The notes beneath the pieces are model-generated. The model saw only the letters and a program-made list of their open reading frames with translations. It ran no database searches and had not been told where the DNA came from. The position numbers and the translations under genes are program-made. 64,000 nucleotides of DNA from an uncultured delta proteobacterium. Its GTDB lineage: Bacteria; Desulfobacterota; Desulfomonilia; Desulfomonilales; Desulfomonilaceae. Positions 28,304 through 38,365 of the stretch are shown here, one piece after another. The DNA is taken from contig CAWBKB010000001.1 in the NCBI GenBank assembly GCA_963789265.1, positions 2,240,001 through 2,304,000 on the forward strand, in the 5' to 3' direction. Numbering within the stretch: position 1 is the first letter of the stretch; each line of letters begins with the position of its first letter.

Positions 28304-28517
28304 CAGGTTTCTTCTGCGAGGCTTGTTGCCTGGTCTCTCATGAGTGGCATTGAAGGGGGAAAGGGGTCAGAAAGGGGTCAAGTCTGTTCTTGACTCATCA
28401 CTGCAGGCAATGCGCCGAAATGTAGCTTGGAAATGGGTGACCCCTTCTCATGACCGCTTCTTTCATGCCGACAGGGACTTCCGTCCCGAGCAAGGCCTCG
28501 GCGAATGGTCCCATACC

Positions 28518-29532
28518 TCACATGGTCAGGACAACGCGGAATTCTGCTTTCCCGCTCATCATGCGAGCGTAGCCTTCTGCCGCTTTCAGGAGCGGGTACT
28601 TTTCGATCATCGGGCGCACGCCGGTCATTTCCGCGAAGCGCAGCGTGTCTTCAGAGTCAGTTGGGGTCCCACTCGCCCAGCCGAGAATTCGCTTCTTGCC
28701 CGTAATCAACTGAATGGGCGACACCTCGATCGGATCCATCGAGATTCCTACAACCAGCAGTGTGCCATTCGCGCCTAGGCCCCCGATCAGCGCCGACATC
28801 GATTTCCCGCTGGGTGCCGTGGCAAGAATCACGCGCGCGCCGCCGAGTTTCTGCAGCTCGGCCGCGGCATCGGTGGCGACGCTGTCGATATAGAGATCCG
28901 CTCCAAGCTTTTTTGCGAGCGCAGCGTTGTCCGCTCCATGGCTTATTGCCGCCACTCGATAGCCAAATTTGTTAGCGAACTGAATTCCCAAGTGGCCCAG
29001 CCCGCCAATGCCCTGGATGGCTACAAGATCGCTTGGCAGCGCACCACTATGACGGAGAGCATTGAACGTGGTAATTCCGGCGCACATCAGCGGCGCGGCT
29101 TCGGCGGCATCGAGCGATTCAGGCATGCGGGCCAACGCGTCGACCGGCGCGACCATGAATTCCTGATAACCGCCGTCGTAGCTGATTCCGCAAACCTTCG
29201 CATTCGCACAGTTCACGAAATCCCCCCTCCTGCACGCGGGACAAGTGCCGTCCTGGCCGCCATGCCAGCCTACGCCGACGCGTTCGCCCTTCTTCCAATC
29301 CTTCACACCGGCTCCGACTTCGTCGATCACGCCAGCCACTTCGTGTCCGGGCACGCGCGGATACGAAATGCCTGGAAAGAGGCCTTCTTTAGTCATTACA
29401 TCACTGTGACAGACTCCACATGCTTGAACGCGGATCCTCACATGTCCCGAACCGGGCTCCGGGATTTCGCGTTCCACGACTTCGAAGTCCGCTCCCGGCC
29501 CAGGGTACTTGCACCGCTTTCATTCTTGCCAT
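28518..29532 (-). CDS. Zn-dependent alcohol dehydrogenase; 1-nt frameshift near 29503-29505
   Basis: CGVCHSD, PGHE, GIGGLG. The N-terminus MARMKAVQVP joins ...PGADFEVVEREIPEP if one C is removed. Confidence 0.9.
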
Positions 29533-29566
29533 TTGCTGTTCCTCCTTACTCCTTATCTGCCCCCGC

Positions 29567-29699
29567 CTACGCCCTGAAGAACTCGAGCAGATCCGTGTTA
29601 ACCTGATCCTTGTGGGTCGAGCACAGTCCATGCGGCGCTCCCGGATAGATTTTCAGGGTGGGGCCCTTGACGATCTCGGAAGAGAGCAGGGCTGACGCG
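29567..29699 (-). pseudogene. C-terminal remnant of a non-heme chloroperoxidase-type alpha/beta hydrolase
   Basis: Hand translation [42 protein letters not shown]; the rest of the gene is missing. Confidence 0.75.
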
Positions 29700-29747
29700 C
29701 GTAACCATTAGTGCCCAGACAGTGTTTCTCTCACGCTGCTTGAAATC

Positions 29748-29868
29748 GTAGCAATTTTCTCTTGTTCCGAACTAATTGACGGCTCTCGAATTCACTGGGA
29801 CCAAAATTATCCACAACTTGGCCTATTCGTCATTTAGTCGTTTAGATGCTCCAATGAGAAAAAGGTTC
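29748..29868 (-). promoter_or_regulatory. Conserved leader copy 2 with ECF-like promoter (hydrolase remnant-ADH operon)
   Basis: GAACCT-N16-TCTAA followed by about 95 nt that align with copy 3. Confidence 0.65.
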
Positions 29869-30160
29869 TCAGACCGGAAATTGACTACTTGTCGCCGCTA
29901 TCCCGTTCCTTTGTTGTGAAGGGATCTTGGTCAACCTCATGAGAATATTTCGCGCATTTAAAGTGGTTGACCTTGCGCTACACCTTCATCGAAGGTTTGG
30001 AGCGACAATATTCCAGCTCGATTGAGCGTCAGGCTGTTTGTCGCTGGAGTGCTTCCGCAGCCTGAGTCGATGTGATAGATCTTTGCCGTACATTTCTCTT
30101 TGCGGTTTCAAGCAGGAGGATACAGGGGACCTGCCCGAGTGCCACCCACAAGAGGTACAA

Positions 30161-31231
30161 ATGGAAATCATTAACGAATTGCTGGCCCGCATCGGAATTA
30201 CTATGGAAGGAGCCCTCGTCCAGGGTGCGATTGCCATTGCGTTGGCAACGCTCGTCGCTGCCCGGTTGATCCGGGTTCTTGGAAACCGAGCAGTACGAGC
30301 CGTATGCCGCTGGTCGGGGCATGAGATAGAGGGACGGCTCCTCGAAATCATCCATCTACCGCTGTGGGTAACCATCGTCCTGCTAGGCGTCCTCACAGAG
30401 ATCCACTGGCTTAAGCCCTCGCCGGCCGCAGATTTTGCGATAGCCGGGGCAGCAAAGACAGGTCTCGCCATCATGTGGGCCGTGGCTCTGGGTCGCATTC
30501 TCTCCTTGTTCTGCAGCCGATTCAGCCAATCAAATCCTCACGTGGCGGAGGTCTTTCGTCTCACCGAGAACATCGGTATGGCACTCATCTGCATCATGGG
30601 GGTGCTCGCGGTCCTGTCGGTTTGGCAGGTCAATCTCACACCATTTCTCGCATCCGCCGGTTTGGCGGGAGTCATTGTCGCCTTGGCCGCCAAGGACACT
30701 TTAGCCAACTTCTTCGGCGGCATTAACGTGTTTCTCGATAGACCCTTCAGAACGGGCGATTACATAGTGCTGAATTCAGGTGAACGTGGGGAGGTTGTGC
30801 ACATCGGACTTAGGAGCACCAAAATCATCACCAGGGATGACATCCTCGTTACTATTCCGAACGCAGTCATGGCCAATTCGAAAATTGTGAACGAAAGCGC
30901 TCCTGACCCGAAGTTCCGGGTAAGGACAAGCGTCTCCGTGTCGTACAGTTCCGACGCAGACCAGGTGGAAGCGCTTCTATTGAAGGTGGCTCGAGAAAAT
31001 CCCCTGGTCACCGATCAACCAGGCCCGAGGGTACGATTCCGGGCATTTGGAGAATCGGGACTTGAATTCGACCTCCTGTGCTGGATCCACGAATCCAGAC
31101 AGAAAGGAAGGGCGCTGCACGAAGTCAACCGTGCGATTCTCACAGAATTCAACCGAGCCGGGATCATGTTCTCGGTGCCCCAACGAGACATTTATCTGCA
31201 CCAGCGGGCGCAGCCGTCGGAGACTCAGTGA
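30161..31231 (+). CDS. MscS-family mechanosensitive channel
   Basis: LASAGLAG...ALAAKDTLANFFGG...DRPFRTGD, IGLRST, IPN. Confidence 0.9.
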   Translation: MEIINELLARIGITMEGALVQGAIAIALATLVAARLIRVLGNRAVRAVCRWSGHEIEGRLLEIIHLPLWVTIVLLGVLTEIHWLKPSPAADFAIAGAAKTGLAIMWAVALGRILSLFCSRFSQSNPHVAEVFRLTENIGMALICIMGVLAVLSVWQVNLTPFLASAGLAGVIVALAAKDTLANFFGGINVFLDRPFRTGDYIVLNSGERGEVVHIGLRSTKIITRDDILVTIPNAVMANSKIVNESAPDPKFRVRTSVSVSYSSDADQVEALLLKVARENPLVTDQPGPRVRFRAFGESGLEFDLLCWIHESRQKGRALHEVNRAILTEFNRAGIMFSVPQRDIYLHQRAQPSETQ

Positions 31232-31314
31232 GATTTCGGTCCATCCGACCAATACACAAAAAAAGAATAGTTCATCGCAGAGACGCAGAAGCCATGTCGC
31301 TCTTAGAGTTGACC

Positions 31315-31755
31315 TTACTCAACCGCTTTCTTTACCAGATCCCCAATCCCGGAGATATTTTTCATCAATTGCTCTGGAAGGCCATGCCGCTCCTTGAGAT
31401 ATTCAGGTGCGTTATACGTCAACCAGACTTTTCCGTTTGCGTCTTCCCACGCGAGGGCCTTCAACGGGAAGTCAATCGCTACGGTGGGCGAGGCAATCAT
31501 CAAAGGAGTCCCTGCCTTGGGGTTGCCAAAGATCAATAGCTGAGCGAGGTGCATCTTGAGCCCCACCTTCTCGGCATCTCCGCTAAAGTTGACACGCGCA
31601 AAGACGGTCAAACCGTGTTTCTTGACGATAGACTCGAGTCTGTCCAGAGTCTCGGGCACAGAATAATTGCTTGGAACATTGACGAGTCCGTTATCTGCCG
31701 CGGGCGCCGGCGGAATGAAACCCATCAGCAGTAGAGCAAGGGACCATAATTTCAT
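31315..31755 (-). CDS. DUF302 family exported protein
   Basis: Signal peptide; LIFGNPKAGTPLM...IDFPLKALAWED. Confidence 0.85.
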   Translation of the reverse strand: MKLWSLALLLMGFIPPAPAADNGLVNVPSNYSVPETLDRLESIVKKHGLTVFARVNFSGDAEKVGLKMHLAQLLIFGNPKAGTPLMIASPTVAIDFPLKALAWEDANGKVWLTYNAPEYLKERHGLPEQLMKNISGIGDLVKKAVE

Positions 31756-31775
31756 GATACACTCAGTTGACCTCC

Positions 31776-33170
31776 TTATCCGGTGTCCATCGCTGTAAAC
31801 AGATTATTCAGCGCTTCGGCCAAAGTGGGATGGGCAAAAATGCCGTCGCGCAAGGATGTGTAGGGTAGTCGGCCCATCATGGCAACCTCGAAGACCGCCA
31901 TGATCTCACCGCCCTCAATGCCCAGCACGGCTGCGCCGAGTATCTCCTCAGTGTTAACATCCACCACGGCCTTGATGAAGCCGCTAGTCTCGTCCACTTC
32001 AAGCGCACGGGCAACATAGCTCATTGGCAGTTTTGCTACTCGAACATTCAGGTGTTGTTGACGTGCTTCTGATTCCGTCAAACCGACACGTCCAAGCTGT
32101 GGGTCACTGAAAAGAACATACGGTATCAGCCGATTCGCAGTTGTTCTCGTTTTTTTTTCCAGCAGATTGGCTCGTATGATGCGGAAGTCGTCATACGAAA
32201 TGTGAGTGAAGGCTGGGCCGCCCTTGACATCCCCTAGAGCGAAAACTGCGCTAGTAGTTGTTTCCAGGCGCTCATTCACTTTGATGAAACCTCGAGCGTC
32301 GGTTTCAATTCCAGCCGCGCTCAAGTTGAGGGCATCTGAATTCGGCACTCTGCCCGTTGCTGCGAGCAAGTGCGATCCGGAAACAGTCTGGACCAGCCCT
32401 TGCTGCTCGATTTCAAGTCGAATATCTCCATTCGCCTGGCTCACCCGCTTGGCTTTCGCGTTTAAAATAATTTCGACACCATCCTGCCGTAAGATTTTTT
32501 CGAGTTCCTGGGCGACGTCCGGGTCCTCGCGGGTCAGCAATCGGTCGCGCGTATGAATTATTGTCACGTGGCTGCCAAAGCGGCGGAAAAGCTGCCCAAA
32601 CTCCACGCCGATATAGCCGCCGCCCAAAACAAGGAGGTGTTCGGGAACAGCGTCCAGTTCCATGATGGAGACGTTGTCCAGGAAGGCAACGCTGTCCAGG
32701 CCCTCCAGCTTAGGACGGGAGGCGCGAGTGCCAGTATTAATAAAAAGATAATCGGCGGAGATGGTTTGCTGAGCGCCATCTTTCAATTGTATTTCAACGG
32801 ACTTTGGACCGGTGAATCTAGCCTTACCGAAGATCAAATCCAGATTTGCGGTCTTTTCGATACGTGCTTGGTTGCCGTCGCGGAAGCTGTTCACGATATT
32901 GCGTTTGCGTTCCCGGACTCTTCGTAAATCTATGGTGACAGCGCCCGTATGAACCCCATAATCCGCCGCCCGGCGCGTGAGATAAGCGACGCGTCCGCTA
33001 GCTATCATGGTCTTGGTTGGTGTGCATCCTTCATTCACGCAAGTGCCGCCAACGTGCTCACTCTCAATGAGAGCGGTTCGCATGTCCGCTTGTGCAAGCG
33101 CCGTGGACAAAGGCGTGCCGGCCTGCCCGGAACCGATAATGATCGCGTCGTATTGCTGAGTAGTTCTCAT
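31776..33170 (-). CDS. Pyridine nucleotide-disulfide oxidoreductase (MerA/RclA-like)
   Basis: IIGSGQAG, GGTCVNEGCTP redox disulfide, GGGYIG, HPTLAE; no C-terminal Cys pair. Confidence 0.85.
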   Translation of the reverse strand: MRTTQQYDAIIIGSGQAGTPLSTALAQADMRTALIESEHVGGTCVNEGCTPTKTMIASGRVAYLTRRAADYGVHTGAVTIDLRRVRERKRNIVNSFRDGNQARIEKTANLDLIFGKARFTGPKSVEIQLKDGAQQTISADYLFINTGTRASRPKLEGLDSVAFLDNVSIMELDAVPEHLLVLGGGYIGVEFGQLFRRFGSHVTIIHTRDRLLTREDPDVAQELEKILRQDGVEIILNAKAKRVSQANGDIRLEIEQQGLVQTVSGSHLLAATGRVPNSDALNLSAAGIETDARGFIKVNERLETTTSAVFALGDVKGGPAFTHISYDDFRIIRANLLEKKTRTTANRLIPYVLFSDPQLGRVGLTESEARQQHLNVRVAKLPMSYVARALEVDETSGFIKAVVDVNTEEILGAAVLGIEGGEIMAVFEVAMMGRLPYTSLRDGIFAHPTLAEALNNLFTAMDTG

Positions 33171-33192
33171 AACAATGCCGGTAATAGGATTG

Positions 33193-33311
33193 GTAGCAAT
33201 TCTCTTATTGCGAACTAATTGACGACTCTAAATGTCACTTGGCCTAAACCTTTCTACAATTTGGCCTCTTCGTCATTTATCCGTTTGGATGCACGAGCAA
33301 CAAAAAGGTTC
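33193..33311 (-). promoter_or_regulatory. Conserved leader copy 3 with ECF-like promoter (reductase-DUF302 operon)
   Basis: GAACCT-N16-TCCAA followed by about 95 nt that align with copy 2. Confidence 0.65.
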
Positions 33312-33436
33312 CTGGCCGGCGGCGAACCCAGTGTTTGGGCTATCCGTTCTCCTTAGCCCGAACAAACCGCATTCATTCGGCCGGTAGGCCCACCGAGCCA
33401 GGTTGACCCGCTGGTGAGGCGAACATGCGCAGTCGT

Positions 33437-34307
33437 TTACTCCTTTTGGGCATAGACTATCCGCTCGATCGGCGTAGAAGCAAGCTCTCGGCCTGTCGGC
33501 CTGACGTATCGCTCGGCCAGTTCCTCATATCCGAGATGCTCAACCAGGCGCCAGCCGTACGGCCGAAGGAAGTCAGCCACTCCCTCGGGATCCATGCCGA
33601 AGATCCAGAACCTTGTTCTTTACCACGTACCTCTTGTAGAGGCTCTCCTGGCCGTACATGACTTGACCGTCGAGGAAGTCCTTGCGGACGTACGTGAACG
33701 CCAACCGGCTGCCACGTGCGGCGTTGGCCAGAAAGTCGAAGGTCGCCCTGATGCCGCTTTCGGTCAAGTACTGCGTGACCGCCTCCAAAATGAAAAATGT
33801 TCGCTTTTCCGGCGAGTACCCGTGAGATGCCAGCACAGTTCCCAGTTCTTCGTGGTCGAAGTCGATCGGTACGAGTTTGACGCAGCCGGGAACCTCGCCG
33901 AACAACTTCCTCAGCCGAATCCGCTTGAATTCCATGTTATCCGGCTGATCGACTTCCCACGCCGGCGTGTCGACTAGAGCTGGTAGTCGATATACCCTCG
34001 TGTCGAAACCCGCACCCAGATTCACCACAGCGTTGATCAGGCCGACCGAAGCGGTTAGCTCCTCGTCTATATAGCGCTTCCGGCACATCATGCCGCCCCA
34101 GAGACCTGGAAAGCTCTTCTCGGTCGCGCGGACCATCCAATCTCCGGCCGCGTTAAGCCGCATCATCCACACGAAGGCTCTCATGCCAAACGGCAAGATT
34201 TGATAAGCCAGGTCATCTTCTATGATGCGCTGGTCTTTAGGGAAGTGTTGCTCGATAGCGACCATCACTATCGGACCTTCGCCCGTTTTTGCTGCTGCTT
34301 TTGACAC
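33437..34307 (-). CDS. SAM-dependent methyltransferase (LCM/TIGR00027-like); 1-nt frameshift near 33609-33610
   Basis: VVNLGAGFDTR, EVDQP, EAVTQYL. Removing one T continues ...KVWIFGMDPEGVADFL...VYAQKE*. Confidence 0.85.
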
Positions 34308-34417
34308 AATGGCACCCTCCTTTCGTCAATGTCATGGAGTCCTAATTTACAGCTTCTAGCAGCGAGTAGCGAACCGTTTCGCCCCACCCCCCAACGCTCA
34401 AAGTCGCAGAAATTGCT

Positions 34418-34462
34418 TGACACTGTTTCCCAAACGGAGTATCAGGTTTCCTGGTAGGAAAC
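34418..34462 (+). promoter_or_regulatory. Putative promoter and operator upstream of the XRE regulator
   Basis: TTGACA at 34418; palindrome GTTTCC-TGGTA-GGAAAC (34446-34462) plus an upstream GTTTCC half-site. Confidence 0.5.
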
Positions 34463-34591
34463 ATCATCGGCATTTCCAAGAGTCCCGTAACAAATCTTCA
34501 TGAGTACGAAATAGGTCGAACCGACTTTTCTCGTAGAGAACCACAGTTATCTTATTCCCGGATTTCGGGACCGTGGCGTGCGGTAGCTTCA

Positions 34592-35152
34592 ATGATTGAT
34601 GAGGCAGAAATTGGGCGCAAGATAAAGCAATTGCGACTCGACCGAGGTCTGAACCTCCAAGATGTTGCAAATGCAACCGGCTTCACAAAGGGCTATCTCT
34701 CAAAGGTTGAAAATTCCAAGAAGGCACCTCCCGTGTCGACACTCCTCGTCATCGCTAGAGCATTGGGGACAAATATCTCCGCGATCTTTTCCGATGAGGA
34801 TGACAAGCCCACTATTACACTAGTCAAAAAGTCCGAACGTACAACGATGACCCGGAATGGGACCGAGTTCGGGTACTCATACGAGCCACTGGCTCTCAAA
34901 TTCCCCCAAAGGCGCATGGATCCCTACATCTTGACTGTTCCGGTTCGGTCGAGACGCAGGCGCTTTTTTCAGCACAAAGGAGAGGAAATCCTGTTTGTAT
35001 TGGAAGGCACTTCGCGTTTCATGCACGGAGACAAAGAGTTCCTTGTAGAAGAAGGGGACTGCGTTTATTTCGACTCGAGCATACCGCATCTGGGGATTGC
35101 AGAAGGATCTAAGCCGGTGAAATGCTTCATGGTGATTTTCAGCGAGAGCTAA
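34592..35152 (+). CDS. XRE-family HTH regulator with cupin domain
   Basis: IGRKIKQLR...KGYLSKVEN, HKGEEILFVLEG, GDCVYFDSSIPH. Confidence 0.9.
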   Translation: MIDEAEIGRKIKQLRLDRGLNLQDVANATGFTKGYLSKVENSKKAPPVSTLLVIARALGTNISAIFSDEDDKPTITLVKKSERTTMTRNGTEFGYSYEPLALKFPQRRMDPYILTVPVRSRRRRFFQHKGEEILFVLEGTSRFMHGDKEFLVEEGDCVYFDSSIPHLGIAEGSKPVKCFMVIFSES

Positions 35153-35756
35153 GATTTTAGACGTAATGGGATTCGGTATAGAGACAATAGTCGGCGTTGT
35201 GGGCGCGGGGCTTGTGGCGAAACGATTGCCCGACTGCTTGCCGCAGGTGGTTACGTCACGTGATTTTGGTTGACCGGAGGCAATTGGGAGGAGTATCCTC
35301 AATAGGCCCATAAAACCGCCTTTTCATCAATCTAACGACGGTTTTGCCTCTCTTGGCTCTCACGGGGAGATATAAGGTCTTTTCGCTATCCGGTAACAAT
35401 CCTTCAGGACGCTACTGGCACCAAGACGCTCCAAAATGACAAGGATCCCGCATGATTGCAGCCTGTGCAGTCTCACAATCACCTAGCGTGCGATACAAGT
35501 TGAAACAGGCGGTCGTATGAACTCTGACGGCGCTCATGCTCATTCTGATCGGAGGATTGGGAGAGTAGACGACTCCCCCGCAAGGGATGGCGTCTACATC
35601 GGCTTGGCGTCGGATATGCCGGCAAGCCGCGGGGTTTATGAAGGCCAAGAAACAGGTCTTAATCTTCTTACTGCGGCAATACCAATGGTGCGGTAAGGAC
35701 GGGCATTGTAGCCTGTGCTGTCCCGAACCGTAATTTGGAATGCGAGGACCGTATTT

Positions 35757-36629
35757 ATGGAAACCAGTGCTTCCATGCTAATCATCCAGGCGCTACACGG
35801 ACTGGTGTATGGGATGCTGCTCTTCCTGGTAGCGTCGGGCATGACTCTGGTCTTCGGAATGATGGACATCCTTAACATCGCTCATGCGGCGTTCTATATG
35901 TTGGGGGCATACCTGGGCTACACGATCCTGACCGCCACGGGGGACTTTTGGCTGGCCTTGATTGTGGCCCCTGTGTGCGTGGGTGTTATCGGGGCGCTGG
36001 TGGAACGGTTCTTCCTGAGGAAGGTGCATGGCTACGGTCACGCATTTGAGTTGCTAATAACCTTCGGTCTGTTCTTTGTGATTACTGAGGCGGTAAAGTG
36101 GATCTGGGGCGACTTTCCTCGGCCCGTGGACCCCCCTGCCGCTCTGTCCGGGTCGGTGCATCTGCTTGGCTTTCAATACCCAGTTTATCGTCTGTTCATC
36201 CTGGTAATATCGTCCATTGTTTTGGCCGGACTCCTATATATCTTTCTGAAGACGCGCGTGGGCATCAGGATTCGAGCGGCAGTTTCGGACGGCCAGATGG
36301 TTGACGCCCTCGGCGTGAATGTTCCGAGGCTATTTGTGGGTGTTTTCTCGGGAGGGACAGCCTTGGCCGGCCTGGCCGGGGTCGTAGCCGCCCCATTCCT
36401 TAGCACGTACCCCGGTATGGGCCTCGACATGCTTGTGGACACCTTCGTGGTGGTTGTGGTGGGAGGGTTTGGGAGCCTTCCCGGAGCCTTTGTAGCTGCC
36501 CTTATGATCGGGGAATTGCAATCTTTCGGGGTTCTCTTTATTCCTCGCCTGGCCTTGGTGTCTCAATTCCTGCTTATGGCCGTGGTGCTTATTATCAGGC
36601 CGACGGGTCTCTTCGGGGAGAAGGCATGA
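35757..36629 (+). CDS. livH: Branched-chain amino acid-type ABC permease
   Basis: GMTLVFGMMDILNIAH, G+RIRA, VVVVVGGFGS. Confidence 0.9.
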   Translation: METSASMLIIQALHGLVYGMLLFLVASGMTLVFGMMDILNIAHAAFYMLGAYLGYTILTATGDFWLALIVAPVCVGVIGALVERFFLRKVHGYGHAFELLITFGLFFVITEAVKWIWGDFPRPVDPPAALSGSVHLLGFQYPVYRLFILVISSIVLAGLLYIFLKTRVGIRIRAAVSDGQMVDALGVNVPRLFVGVFSGGTALAGLAGVVAAPFLSTYPGMGLDMLVDTFVVVVVGGFGSLPGAFVAALMIGELQSFGVLFIPRLALVSQFLLMAVVLIIRPTGLFGEKA

Positions 36630-37603
36630 GGCGTTCCGCCCTATTGCAGGTTGCCTTAGTCATTGGGCTTGGCGCTGCTCTTCTGGCCGCTCCGCGGATA
36701 CTGACGATCGTGCATACCAGGATGCTCACTGAGGTCGTTTACTTCTCCTTATTCGCAGTCAGCTTCAACCTCCTCTTTGCTGACGCCGGCCTGCTTTCCT
36801 TCGGCCATGCAGCCTATTTCGGACTCGGGGCTTATGTCACGGCCATCTCATTGAAGCATTTGACAGGTATGCCGTTTTTTGTGGCCATCTTGTTGGGAGG
36901 ACTCGCGGGAGCGGTTGGCGGGGCTGTCATCGGCTTCTTCTGCGTCCGGCGCAAAGGGGCCTACTTTGCTCTGCTAACTTTGGCCTTCAATCAGTTTCTC
37001 TGGGCCATTGCCTGGAAATGGCGAGAAGTGACGGGAGGTGATGACGGCATAGGTGGCGTCGTCCCGAGGAAGCCCGTTCAGCTGGGAATTCTGAGCATCG
37101 ATTTCACAAATATAAGTAGCAAGTACTATCTTACGCTATTCATCGTGGCTGTCTGCCTCGCTCTAGGCTGGTACCTCATGCGCACACCTTTCGGGAATAC
37201 CGTCAGGGCGGTAAAAGGCAACGAAGAACGAGCCTCTTTTCTCGGATACAACGTAAACCGATCCAAACTGCTGATCTTCATTCTCTCAGCGTGCTTTGCG
37301 GGAATAGCCGGCAGCCTCTTCGCACTGTTCCAGGATTTCGTGGCGCCGAGCGTCATCTCCATGAGTATGTCGACAGAGGTGCTGTTCATGGCGTTCCTGG
37401 GAGGCACAGGCTCGTTTTTAGGGCCCGTCCTGGGGGCGGGGATCTTCGTTTACTTCACTGACTGGATCAGCGGCCTGACCGAACGCTGGGAGTTCATTCT
37501 GGGGGTGCTTTTCATCGTACTCGTCCTCTATTTTCCTCAGGGTTTCCTGGGGCTGATCCAGACCAGATTGAAATCTCTGTTCGCCTCCGTGAAGAGTGAT
37601 TAA
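36626..37603 (+). CDS. livM: Branched-chain amino acid-type ABC permease
   Basis: GLLSFGHAAYFGLGAY, YFALLTLAF, TGGDDG, GGTGSFLGP. Confidence 0.9.
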   Translation: MRRSALLQVALVIGLGAALLAAPRILTIVHTRMLTEVVYFSLFAVSFNLLFADAGLLSFGHAAYFGLGAYVTAISLKHLTGMPFFVAILLGGLAGAVGGAVIGFFCVRRKGAYFALLTLAFNQFLWAIAWKWREVTGGDDGIGGVVPRKPVQLGILSIDFTNISSKYYLTLFIVAVCLALGWYLMRTPFGNTVRAVKGNEERASFLGYNVNRSKLLIFILSACFAGIAGSLFALFQDFVAPSVISMSMSTEVLFMAFLGGTGSFLGPVLGAGIFVYFTDWISGLTERWEFILGVLFIVLVLYFPQGFLGLIQTRLKSLFASVKSD

Positions 37604-37615
37604 AGGAAAGCGTTC

Positions 37616-38362
37616 ATGCCGCTTTTGCAAGTAACGAATCTTTTCAAGGACTTTAGCGGGCTGAAAGTCCTTTTTGGAATCGACCTGAAACTTGAGCAAG
37701 GCGAGAGACACGCGGTCATCGGTCCCAACGGTGCCGGAAAATCCACGCTCTTCAATGTTATAACAGGAAAGTATGCCCCTAGTCGAGGAAGGATAACGTT
37801 CGACGACCACGATATAACCGGGTTTCCTCCCCATAGAATCGCTCGGCTCGGCCTGGCCCGATCCTTTCAGGTCACCAACATCTTTCGGGCCATGACAGTT
37901 TTTGAGAACGTCCGAAATGCGGTCATTTCGCGAAACGGCAGGCGCTACAGCATATTTCCCATTCTGGCCAAGATGAGGACCATTACAGAAGAAACCGAGC
38001 GAATCTTGGATCTGATCGGGCTGCTGGACCGGAAGGATGAAGTGGCGGGCGAACTGGCACACGGCCATCAGCGGGCGTTGGAAATCGGTATGACGATTGC
38101 CATGGACCCGGCGTTGATCCTGCTGGACGAACCGACCGCGGGGATGTCATCCAAGGAGAGCAGAGAGACGGTGAAGCTCATTGAGAAAGTCACCGAAGGG
38201 AAAACCCTTCTCATTGTCGAACACGACATGGATGTTGTCTTTAGCCTGGCAAACAGGATCACGGTGATATGCTACGGACGGGTTCTTGCTTCTGGGCCCC
38301 CTGACGCCATACGGAACAATCAGCAGGTCAAAGACGCTTATCTCGGTGAAGAGAGAGAGTAG
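37616..38362 (+). CDS. livG: ABC ATP-binding protein
   Basis: GPNGAGKST, LLDEPTAG, VEHDMD. Confidence 0.9.
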   Translation: MPLLQVTNLFKDFSGLKVLFGIDLKLEQGERHAVIGPNGAGKSTLFNVITGKYAPSRGRITFDDHDITGFPPHRIARLGLARSFQVTNIFRAMTVFENVRNAVISRNGRRYSIFPILAKMRTITEETERILDLIGLLDRKDEVAGELAHGHQRALEIGMTIAMDPALILLDEPTAGMSSKESRETVKLIEKVTEGKTLLIVEHDMDVVFSLANRITVICYGRVLASGPPDAIRNNQQVKDAYLGEERE

Positions 38363-38365
38363 TCC

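Noticed and set aside
31776..33170. Mercuric reductase merA
   Set aside because: Lacks the C-terminal Cys pair and N-terminal metal-binding domain; no merR/T/P nearby.
35416..35432. Sigma54 promoter upstream of livH (TGGCACCAAGACGCT)
   Set aside because: GG-to-GC spacing is 9 nt, not the required 10.
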